From the IMG/VR virus record IMGVR_UViG_3300042315_000659: DNA of 64,000 nucleotides; one strand, 5' to 3'. The notes beneath the pieces were generated by a model. That model did no database searches, was not told the DNA's origin, and was given only the letters and a program-made list of their open reading frames with translations. Both the position numbers and the translations under genes were made by a program. This stretch comes from an uncultured virus (IMG/VR IMGVR_UViG_3300042315_000659). Lineage: Duplodnaviria; Heunggongvirae; Uroviricota; Caudoviricetes. This document shows positions 38,842-47,816 of the stretch, one piece after another; within the stretch, counting starts at the first letter, position 1, and every line of letters starts with the position of its first letter.

Positions 38842-40503
38842 TTAACTTTGCTTTGGAGAGCTTAATAAAAAGTCATTCCCAGGCATAAAGTTACCAAAAC
38901 TGGGGATATTGCCAAAATTTATAGCATTATTCCAAGTGTTTTTACAAGTACTGTAGGTTTTATCGCATCCAGCAGTAAGGATTACGCCATCGTGGGTAGC
39001 TACGGAACCAGATGCTTCAGTAAACAACTGAATTTGAGTTTTACCTCCAAATATTGAAACAGTTCGGTAAATTGCGTAAGTAGCTGATTTATTTGCTCCG
39101 TCTGTAAATGTGCATTTTCCCCAAGCAAGATTTTGGTATTCTCCCCACACCTCAAAGTCTCTCCGACTACTAACACCAGCAACCTGAGTCTCGTAAAATG
39201 GTACTTGTTTACGGCATCCTGAGTTATCACCGTTATCCTGTCCAAAGGCCCATCGGCAAAAAGGCGATGTTTTTTCATCTCTACTTTGCCTTAAATTAAT
39301 ACTAGAGCCAGTAAGATTTTCAAGTGTATAGCTTTCGCCACCAAGTGATTTAATTTCTCCCACATAACCTATTTGTATTTGCTCGTCTGGAAGATCTAAA
39401 AGTGAATTAGGAGGATATTGCCAATCAACAATTGCTGTGATAATTCGAGCTTCTCTAAATCTATCAGAAAAAAGTAAATTTTCGTCAATATTATCACTAA
39501 AAGCACCTCTATATTCTTGATTATCCGATTGTATTCCCAATTGTTTTTCTATTGCAGTCGGATCAAGAGCTTGCTTTGCTCGAAATACTACCCCACCAAT
39601 TTTTAAGTCTTGGGAAAAATTTGTATAACCGAGCTTTTCTCCGTTTGTAAGTTCAATTAAAACGCAATAACAAAGCGTTAAAACAGGATTTGCGAAAGAA
39701 TCGTCTAACCCTAAATCTTGTTGTACCCCCTCGGTAAATCTCCTGATCTGTAATTCTCCAAGTGAATAAATCTGTAAAGAGGATTGGTTCTGGTAGCTCA
39801 AAGAGACAGAGTTGAATCGGGATAAAATTGATAAACCGTTAACTAAATCAGGATAACGAAATGTCGCTCCTGAACCCTTGGCGCACAACCACAAGGCAAT
39901 CAGATAATCAATATCTTTTTGAGATAAAGTTTTTCTTTGCTGTAAAGAGCTAATATCGGAAGGAGTATCTCTCCGAGAAAATCTTTTTCTTTCTCCACTA
40001 GATAAACTAATAGTATTTGTCTCAAATTCAGGAGAAATTGTACACCTTTTAGTTAAATTTAAATTAAAATCGTGATTTAAGTCCGAAGAAAAAACATCAC
40101 TAGGTAGCAATGCAATTTCAGGCTCAATTCTTGATTCTCGTAAAATTAATTTTGGGATAGAAAAAATAGCGTTATCTCTATTTTTTGTAATAGGTTGATA
40201 ATCTAGTTTGTCTTCTTCAAAATGACACAATACCTTAAAAGTGCCTTCCCAAGTTAATTTGGGGCTATTAGGAGGTGGATTGTTGAAAACTATTTTACCA
40301 GGAGCTACTATATATTCCGACGGTGGTATTTCTGTAGTTCCTTGATAGATTTTTAGGCTATCAATATCTGGATAAAGAATAGGTCTGTGATGAACGTTAT
40401 TGCCGCAAGAATATGCTTTGATCAAAATAAATTCTGTATTTACTCCATTGTGTTCTGGGGAAAATATTCCTTCTGTGTTATCTTGATTAGTTAAATTAGT
40501 CAT
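38842..40503 (-). CDS. Tail hub protein: DUF2460-like segments fused to DUF2163/BR0599 domain
   Basis: LTNGEKLGYTN, CRWAFG...GC, AGCDKTYSTC...NAINFG. Confidence 0.8.
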   Translation of the reverse strand: MTNLTNQDNTEGIFSPEHNGVNTEFILIKAYSCGNNVHHRPILYPDIDSLKIYQGTTEIPPSEYIVAPGKIVFNNPPPNSPKLTWEGTFKVLCHFEEDKLDYQPITKNRDNAIFSIPKLILRESRIEPEIALLPSDVFSSDLNHDFNLNLTKRCTISPEFETNTISLSSGERKRFSRRDTPSDISSLQQRKTLSQKDIDYLIALWLCAKGSGATFRYPDLVNGLSILSRFNSVSLSYQNQSSLQIYSLGELQIRRFTEGVQQDLGLDDSFANPVLTLCYCVLIELTNGEKLGYTNFSQDLKIGGVVFRAKQALDPTAIEKQLGIQSDNQEYRGAFSDNIDENLLFSDRFREARIITAIVDWQYPPNSLLDLPDEQIQIGYVGEIKSLGGESYTLENLTGSSINLRQSRDEKTSPFCRWAFGQDNGDNSGCRKQVPFYETQVAGVSSRRDFEVWGEYQNLAWGKCTFTDGANKSATYAIYRTVSIFGGKTQIQLFTEASGSVATHDGVILTAGCDKTYSTCKNTWNNAINFGNIPSFGNFMPGNDFLLSSPKQS

Positions 40504-40570
40504 GGTGTTCTATCAAATCCTGAGTTGTTAAGATCAAAAGCGCAATAAGTAAACTGTCCATCTACCGTAT

Positions 40571-41281
40571 CTACAGGCGCATACTATTAACAATAAAATT
40601 GCTTAGTTGGCAATAAATAAGAGGTGTAAATAGGCTTTTTTTTACTTGATAGTCAGAAAGGTCACGATAAAGAAAGTCTTTTTTTGATCCTTTCATTTCT
40701 TCATGAAAGTCGAGAATAGCATTTAAATCATCAGATTGTAACGTAGTTCGAGCAAGATTGAACACTCTAATAGGGCTAGACCATTCCACTATTCGTTGTT
40801 CTGCCCCTTCTGTGTTTTCTAGTAAAGAATTAGAAAACTGAATTTCTGTTTGATAGTCTTTATCTGGAATAATAGGAAATTCAGGAGTATTTACTGGGTA
40901 AGGATCATCAGGAAAATCAGTCTGATTAATGACACGAATAATGTCAATTACTGTAACATCATAAGCTAGTTTTTTGGGTTCGCTTACAGTGCCAGAATAA
41001 GTGTAGTTTTTACTGGTTCTCTCTAAGGGGATTATGTCAGCAATTGAACCAGTGTAACGAGAGTTGTACTGATCAGAAGGAATAGAAAAAATACTTACTT
41101 GTTGACCGTATTTGCTAACTATTTTCCAGAATTGACCAAATAGATTAATTCCACCAACAGTTTTCAATGTCGGTTCTTTGTCCCACGAAATTGATATACC
41201 AGTACGCCAAAATATAGGATTATCTTGACTTCCATCTAAGCTTTTTTCTCTAGCAGTTCCAAAAACGTGATAATAGATCAT
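40571..41281 (-). CDS. Tail protein ending in the N-terminal half of a DUF2460 (distal tail) domain
   Basis: GAEQRIVEWS...FHEEMKGSKKDFLYRDLSDY. Confidence 0.65.
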   Translation of the reverse strand: MIYYHVFGTAREKSLDGSQDNPIFWRTGISISWDKEPTLKTVGGINLFGQFWKIVSKYGQQVSIFSIPSDQYNSRYTGSIADIIPLERTSKNYTYSGTVSEPKKLAYDVTVIDIIRVINQTDFPDDPYPVNTPEFPIIPDKDYQTEIQFSNSLLENTEGAEQRIVEWSSPIRVFNLARTTLQSDDLNAILDFHEEMKGSKKDFLYRDLSDYQVKKSLFTPLIYCQLSNFIVNSMRL

Positions 41282-41282
41282 A

Positions 41283-42158
41283 CTAAACTAACCCTGTAGC
41301 CCACACTCTCATTAACAAAGATTCGTTCCCTATTTTCGCCACGCATTTCCAAGTGTCTATATTAGAGTCATCAGGATCAATTCCTTTATTTGGATATATT
41401 CCCCCCACAGGAATATCCAAAGAGCATTTTAAAAGATTCGGAACATATCCAACGGCTTTATTAGGAGCTACATTATCTCTTAAATAAAATTCTGTTGCAT
41501 TAGCTCCGGGGGTAGCGGTTTGACAAGAGACAGGATAATTGGCAATAGGATCTGGAGTTGTTGCTGTTGGTAACACAAAATTTTGCCTAGCACTCCCTCC
41601 CAATGATGGACGGCCAGCCGCTCTACTACCGGAATTTGGCCCAGTCGTGTATAAAAAATAAGCATTCTGAACAAAAGCCGATTGAGGAAACAAAGGGTTT
41701 CTTAGCCATCCGCAACTAAAAAATGACAACGGAGTACCCTGACTACCCACATTATACCTGAGAATACTTAAACTGTGCGAATTCAAAACTGCCCAATAAT
41801 AAGATGGAGAATGTCCGAAAATATTAGAAAGCAAGTCAAGGCAGTTATTTCCACAATATTGGGCATCCATCGTCGTCGTCGAAGGGTTTCCAATAGTGCG
41901 ACTTATTCCTAGATTGTTAAATCTGAATTTTGACGCAGTTACGGGCAAACTTAGTGATTCAAAACTAACTGGTAAAATTAAATGAAACCCTGTAGTGGCA
42001 TCTGCGAGAGCGCAAGGTTGTCCAAAAAAACCATTTATCCAATTAGCGCATTGAATGCGTGTAAATCCCAAAGACTCTGGGGCCCAATCTTGATTATTAG
42101 TTGTCCAGCCATAATAAGAATTACCGACGTTGTCATTGTTAATTAAGGGTAAGTTCAT
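41283..42158 (-). CDS. Putative tail/structural protein
   Basis: 291-aa ORF within the tail block. Confidence 0.5.
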   Translation of the reverse strand: MNLPLINNDNVGNSYYGWTTNNQDWAPESLGFTRIQCANWINGFFGQPCALADATTGFHLILPVSFESLSLPVTASKFRFNNLGISRTIGNPSTTTMDAQYCGNNCLDLLSNIFGHSPSYYWAVLNSHSLSILRYNVGSQGTPLSFFSCGWLRNPLFPQSAFVQNAYFLYTTGPNSGSRAAGRPSLGGSARQNFVLPTATTPDPIANYPVSCQTATPGANATEFYLRDNVAPNKAVGYVPNLLKCSLDIPVGGIYPNKGIDPDDSNIDTWKCVAKIGNESLLMRVWATGLV

Positions 42159-42169
42159 AGAGTGTAATT

Positions 42170-42715
42170 TTATAAAGAATGATCTTGTCCGTTAACGTTG
42201 AATTGAAAAGCGCTAAATGTAACAGAAAAATTATTATCCCAAGTACCTCCTTGATCATTACTATAAAAGGAATTATTACCAATCGACCAGCCAGGAAGCC
42301 CTGTTTGATTGGGTGAGGTAGTAAAGCCCCAAAAATCTTCCCCACTGCCCCCTGAAATCCCAGCAACTAACCAGTAAGTAGTATTAGCGGTTAATATTTG
42401 CGGAGTAGTAATGGTAAAGATGTAATCGTCGGTAATGTTAAGAGTGAAACTGGGGTTAGTAAAACTGGCTATCTGGCTACCGAGTCCTCCAGGGCTGGCG
42501 TTATAGAGCCTGACAAAAAAATTGGGATTTGCAGTCAATTTTGCTAACCGAAGAGTGACCGAGTTAATAGTATAGCCATAACTGCCACTGCCAGTCGTAA
42601 AACTTGAACTTAACCAGTGATTATTATTTATCGAAAATCCTGAGTTAGTTGTTTGAGTTAAATTACTAACAAGATTTACGACCATTGTACCTGGCCAGTG
42701 CAACCATCTAGACAT
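42170..42715 (-). CDS. Beta-sandwich protein resembling choice-of-anchor R domains
   Basis: LVSNL...SFTTGS..YTINSVTLRL...LTANTTYWLV. Confidence 0.55.
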   Translation of the reverse strand: MSRWLHWPGTMVVNLVSNLTQTTNSGFSINNNHWLSSSFTTGSGSYGYTINSVTLRLAKLTANPNFFVRLYNASPGGLGSQIASFTNPSFTLNITDDYIFTITTPQILTANTTYWLVAGISGGSGEDFWGFTTSPNQTGLPGWSIGNNSFYSNDQGGTWDNNFSVTFSAFQFNVNGQDHSL

Positions 42716-43640
42716 ATTTTCTTCCTATAGTAAAAAATAAATGCCTAGAGTTATCAACAGCAGAAACAACAAGTTCTAACCTGTTTCCTACGCTAAGAAG
42801 ATTCCCTGTTGTTACGGGAACAGTTAATCGAGTAGAAGTAATAGATAAATTATTCAATCCAGGAACATTTATTCCATTAATCCTAACCGATATAGTAGCT
42901 GTACCAGATTGAGTTACGGCACTAAAGCTTAGGATATTATACCCTTTTAATAAAGCGAAATCAAGAGGATAAGTTTGAACAACAGGAGATTCTATGTCCC
43001 CAGAATATTGTTCGGTATTATCATTAATACTATTAATTTGATTTTGGAGTTTGCCAAAAGCCTGTAAAATATTATCAGTAGCAGTTATTGCGCCACCAGT
43101 AGTTATATTTAGAGCCGACAATGAAGTTGATAAAACTTTTGAGAAGAAACCGAAGAATCCTTTATTTCCTGATTCTTTCCCGTAGAAAGTATCATTACTA
43201 GGATTCCCTACAATTTCATCAGATCTAGCCACTGTCCCGAACGATGATCCCCCGTAATCAACGATAAGCATATCCCCCGTGACTCTTATTTGCCAATCTG
43301 TGCCATTAAAAAATATTACTTCTCCAGAAACAAGGAAAACTGTTAATCCAGTAAAAGGCTGCCAGAATTTCCAAGTTCCTGTAGGCAATCCATTCAAGCC
43401 AATTACAGGATAAGCTATCTGATTAGTTTTTCCCGCCCACGCCCCAGTAGCTCCTGCGGGGACAATATAGTAGCTATCTATACTTTGAGGACTTGGGGGT
43501 GTGGTAAGGGTATAGGAAAGAATAGGAGCAGAGCCTATAGAAATAAGTCTAAATAGCTCGTTCGCTATTTGTTCTTTGTATTCCTGGGAAGATGCCAGTA
43601 ATAATCCATTAGAGCCGAATATTGTCCCAGCCATCTCCAA
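42708..43640 (-). CDS. DUF2793-domain tail fibre-like protein
   Basis: YIVPAGATGAWAGKTNQIA; TATDNILQAFGKLQNQI. Confidence 0.75.
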   Translation of the reverse strand: MEMAGTIFGSNGLLLASSQEYKEQIANELFRLISIGSAPILSYTLTTPPSPQSIDSYYIVPAGATGAWAGKTNQIAYPVIGLNGLPTGTWKFWQPFTGLTVFLVSGEVIFFNGTDWQIRVTGDMLIVDYGGSSFGTVARSDEIVGNPSNDTFYGKESGNKGFFGFFSKVLSTSLSALNITTGGAITATDNILQAFGKLQNQINSINDNTEQYSGDIESPVVQTYPLDFALLKGYNILSFSAVTQSGTATISVRINGINVPGLNNLSITSTRLTVPVTTGNLLSVGNRLELVVSAVDNSRHLFFTIGRKYV

Positions 43641-45438
43641 ATTCCTCTGCCATCTTAGCTTTTACCCAGTTATTGTTCTCGATTTTACAAAGACTTTTCA
43701 AGTAAGCTTCGTAATTATTCAAGTCATTTTCATTATAGTCTTTTTTGAAGATTGCGTGTAACTTCCAAGATTTAGGGGGCATCCAGTCTTTGCTTAGTCT
43801 AGGATTTTTAAATGTTTTTACCATCCATCCCCGGACACTTTCAATATGCTCACCTTTTTTGTAAGCTTGTCTAAGAGCGTACTTGTAGGCTAGGTATAAT
43901 TCCCTATCTTTATCGTGAATTATAATCTCTAGTCTTTCGTTGGCGATTTGTTTCTTTTCTTTTGTTGGAAATTCATGTCCACAATAAGGACAAATACGAG
44001 CGGAAGCGTAGGTTATTTTATTGCAATTTTCGCACTCTTTAGTCGGAGCTTGTCCTTTTTGGGTATCAGAAGATGTAAAAAGCTTAGGATACTCTACATC
44101 CTCGATAAATCCATGCTCGGTTACGTTCCCCGCTTGATCCAAAATCAGACAATCAATCTTGTCTAACCAGCTACAAAGCCGTTGACCCCGACCAGTCATC
44201 TGAATATAAAGAGTTCTGCTCTTAGTTGGCCTAGCGTGAATAATGCAAGAAATTGCGGGCAAATTAAATCCAATTCCACAAGTATTAATATTTACAATCC
44301 CCCGCAATCTTAATTCAGCTACTTTTCTAAATATTTCTCTTCTTTCCTGCTCTGGTGTTTCGGCTGTGATAATGGCCGTGGGAACACCCCTCTCGTTAAA
44401 TTCTGTACAGAGGCTTTTAGCGTGTTCTACACCCGCAGCAAAACAAACAAATTGTCTCCCTTGACCGAGCCTGCGATACTCGGAAACTGTTGATTTTACC
44501 GCCTCAAGACAACGAATCTCTAACTGACTAGCATCAAAATCACCGCCATTAATTTTTACTCCTTTAGTATTAATTTTATTTTTAGTTCCAAAATAAACAC
44601 AACCGACAAGCGCGCCACGTTCGATCATTTCTTTTGGAGTGGGGCCAGTTATTTGAACCTCAAAAATATCTCCCAACTCTTCACGCTTCGATAACCGCCA
44701 CGGGGTTGCTGTTAATCCAATTACAAGGCGATTATCTACTAGTAGGGTTTTCCCTAAAAAAAGATGCTGTTGTTTACGAATGATTTCCCATGCCGAGTTT
44801 ATTTCTTGTAATATCTCTTTTGACTCAGCGTGAACTAGACTAAGGTGTTTGCATTTTTCTTTAGCTTCCTCAAAAGTGATTTTATAAGGTTCTATGTCTT
44901 CTCTTTCTACAGCGATACCTAATACTGCTAATTCGTCACGAATGTCTTTGATTGAGGTTGTTTGCTTACCGTTTTTAAGGTTGGGAAAGCTATCTTTAAA
45001 CCATTGGCAGTAAGCTGATAGATGAACTTCATCGGCTAGTATTACTTCGGGATTAAACCAAGTAATATCTCGTCCTCTAGATAAGGTTTGAGTTGTTGCA
45101 ATTTGTACTAATTGGTTTCTATCTTCTTTGTAGTTACCAGCAATTACCCCAGCAGATAGTCCAAATTTTCCTAGAGTTTCTAGGGTTTGCTCAATAAGTA
45201 CCGTAAAAGGTACTACGATTAAAGTCCGTCGCTGTCTTTTTACGGCGGCATCGTAGATTATTTGACAAAAAAATACTGTTTTACCCCATCCGCAAGGGGC
45301 AACGACTAAGGCTCTTTTGTAGATTTTTGGATTTAGAGCATCATACAGTTCTCTTTTAAGAGCTTTTTGGTCATCTCTTAATTGAATTTGTGGTTTAGTC
45401 GGTGCAAAAAGTGTTTGTGTTTGTATTGCTAGTGTCAT
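43609..45438 (-). CDS. SF2 DEAD/DEAH-box helicase
   Basis: APCGWGKT, DEVH, GLTATP, QMTGRGQR, C-terminal zinc ribbon. Confidence 0.9.
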   Translation of the reverse strand: MTLAIQTQTLFAPTKPQIQLRDDQKALKRELYDALNPKIYKRALVVAPCGWGKTVFFCQIIYDAAVKRQRRTLIVVPFTVLIEQTLETLGKFGLSAGVIAGNYKEDRNQLVQIATTQTLSRGRDITWFNPEVILADEVHLSAYCQWFKDSFPNLKNGKQTTSIKDIRDELAVLGIAVEREDIEPYKITFEEAKEKCKHLSLVHAESKEILQEINSAWEIIRKQQHLFLGKTLLVDNRLVIGLTATPWRLSKREELGDIFEVQITGPTPKEMIERGALVGCVYFGTKNKINTKGVKINGGDFDASQLEIRCLEAVKSTVSEYRRLGQGRQFVCFAAGVEHAKSLCTEFNERGVPTAIITAETPEQERREIFRKVAELRLRGIVNINTCGIGFNLPAISCIIHARPTKSRTLYIQMTGRGQRLCSWLDKIDCLILDQAGNVTEHGFIEDVEYPKLFTSSDTQKGQAPTKECENCNKITYASARICPYCGHEFPTKEKKQIANERLEIIIHDKDRELYLAYKYALRQAYKKGEHIESVRGWMVKTFKNPRLSKDWMPPKSWKLHAIFKKDYNENDLNNYEAYLKSLCKIENNNWVKAKMAEEFGDGWDNIRL

Positions 45439-45452
45439 GTTTTTATTTCAGA

Positions 45453-47034
45453 TTATATTTTAGTTTCGATAAAATCTATAGTCAATTGTAAGCAACTATT
45501 TTTTGTAACCTTTTTAGACAAATCTATTTTGATTTGTATTTCATTTTCGATAAAATCTAAAATAGGTTTTATTGTTTTTTTTGTTTCTGGTAGTAAAATA
45601 TCCAAATGTTTACCATCTCCCTGTATTTTTTTCCTGTTTGATTTTATTTCAACCCAACTAAGATAAGGTACAGAATTATACTCTAAAGCTAAACAAGCTT
45701 CTACTGTAACTATTAATTTTTTAGAATATTTATTTTGATATTCAATCCACACCTTGTATTTACATTGAGTTAGACTTTGGCAAAAAATTTCCAGTGTTCC
45801 CTGTAGATAGGAAAATCCGTCTTCTGTCTTTATTTGCCATTCCGAGCGATTAGAATGGCTAAAAGTTTCTTTACAAAAAACCTCAATTTGTTTTAATGCT
45901 TCTGTTTTGTTCATTAGCGTTAATCCTTAGCTTTAATTGTTTTGATAAAACCTAAAATAGTCTCCATTATCTTTGTCGCTTCTGGGATCAAGATATTTAA
46001 GGTTTCGTTGTCTCCTTCACTTTTTGGTTCTTTTTTAATCAAATCTATCTCAACCCAAACATTGTATTTTCCTTTTAGCTCGTCTGGATAGAGAATATTG
46101 ATAGAGCCTTCTAATACTAAATCGGTGAAAACATCTATTTGCCTTGGCTTAAGAGTCCATTTTGAGTAATCAGCTATTTTATAGGCAGTATCACAAAAAA
46201 CTCTGATTTGTTTTAACACTTCTATCATTTTGTAAGCATCTATTTGCCATGTGTCCATGTGTTGCTCCTATTTACTCTTGGATTTCATCGAGAATAAAGT
46301 TAAAAATATTTAACATTATTTTTCGGTATTGACTAACTAATTTCCAATGTTCTGCACTCCATAGCTTATGTCTATAATAGGCAAAATTCTTAAAAACTAT
46401 AATGTCTTCATACCGATCACTCATGTCTTCAGTAGGAGGATTTATCCAAATTTTAAACCTTCCTATTTGGTTATTTTGCCACTGAACACACTTAAGTCGT
46501 CCGTCTAATCCCGTACAAAAACCGTGTTTAATCTCTATGTTGTCATTAGAAAAAGTTAAGCATTGAATGATTTTGTAGTCATTATCTGTAAAATCAGAAT
46601 TCCAGTCTAAATCCGGGTATTTTTCTTCACAGAAATTGAATATTTTTTCTGTTACTTGTTTTATGTCCATTTGTTACTCCTGTCTATTCTTGGATTTCGT
46701 CTTCAATAAAATTAAAGATTTCTCTTGCTATTTTTCTGGCTTGTTTTACTAAAAGCCAGCTATCATCATTCCACCCGTCATGAGTGGCAATCGTAAACTC
46801 TAACTCGCCATTCTTATCATGGTTTAGACTTACTTGATCGTAAGAATAACGCTCTTGTTTTTCCTCTGAGCGAATTTCTAGCTCCAGTTTAAACAAAGAG
46901 CAAGAACCAAAAATAAAGTGAATATCCTTACAACCATCAATATCATTATAAGAGTAATTCCATGCCCATTTTAAATCTGGGTATCTTCCCTCACAAAAAT
47001 TAAATAACTTTTCCGCTATTTGCCATGTGTTCAT
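45453..47034 (-). CDS. Tandem array of four related hypothetical ORFs (45453-45914, 45920-46258, 46272-46670, 46684-47034)
   Basis: Shared N-terminal (I/L)..FC motif; shared C-terminal I..FI..EI; GGAG(T/C)AACA RBS on three of them. Confidence 0.65.
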
Positions 47035-47372
47035 TTGTTACTCCTGTTGGGTGAAATTATTAGGAAATACCTACTGTTTCTTCTACTACAATGCCACGAT
47101 GCCCGTTGCGGCTTAAAGCGTCCAAGTAAGCCATTAGCCGGCTTTCGTGCATAGAAGCTTTAATCTTGCAAGGCTTATTTCTTCTATCTATTGTCCTGAT
47201 CGTGTATCTCATTGTCTCCAATCCTTTAAGTGTTTTCTACAATTTTCTAAATGCGCTTTAAATCTTTTGGCAGACTCTTGCTCATCTGTCCCTCTGATAA
47301 GTCCTTTGTTTTTATCAATGTCATCCTGACTTGATAATTTAGCCCATGCTTTTTTAGTTTCTTTCGCCATGA

Positions 47373-47561
47373 TTACACCTTTACTTTTTCAAATCCACGC
47401 TGTTCTAAAATTTTATTATACTCTTTGATTTTCGAGTATAAAGCGTCACGTTTTTTGCGTACATTTTCCCCAGTTTCTTGCTTGGAAATTCGATATTGTT
47501 CTGCGTAAAAATCAGCGTAATAACTAATTTTAGCAGTGTCCATATTTGCAATAAGCCTCAT
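47373..47561 (-). CDS. Hypothetical protein
   Basis: 62-aa ORF with AAGGAG RBS, downstream of promoter TTGACA-17-TAAGAT (~47588-47616). Confidence 0.6.
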   Translation of the reverse strand: MRLIANMDTAKISYYADFYAEQYRISKQETGENVRKKRDALYSKIKEYNKILEQRGFEKVKV

Positions 47562-47612
47562 GATTTTCTCCTTGATTCATTACTTAAATCTTACATTATT
47601 TTACTAGAATTG

Positions 47613-47816
47613 TCAAGAAATTTCTGTGAAATCTTCTTTTCTAAAACAGTAAAAATGTTCTCCTTTTGTGAGGTGATCGAGTGACTCAAAGTGATAGTAG
47701 ATTCCCATAGCAGTCTTAACAATCCCCAGTGGTTTGCACCGGGGGAAAATACGTCCATAGGAATTGACACGATAAACCTTTTCAGGGTATCGAGAGGGAA
47801 GGTATTGTCCGATCAT
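47613..47816 (-). CDS. Hypothetical protein
   Basis: 67-aa ORF coupled to the primase stop. Confidence 0.55.
   Translation of the reverse strand: MIGQYLPSRYPEKVYRVNSYGRIFPRCKPLGIVKTAMGIYYHFESLDHLTKGEHFYCFRKEDFTEIS

Noticed and set aside
40636..40643. Single programmed frameshift joining the two tail ORFs
   Set aside because: Both alternative frames hit stops before the downstream ORF
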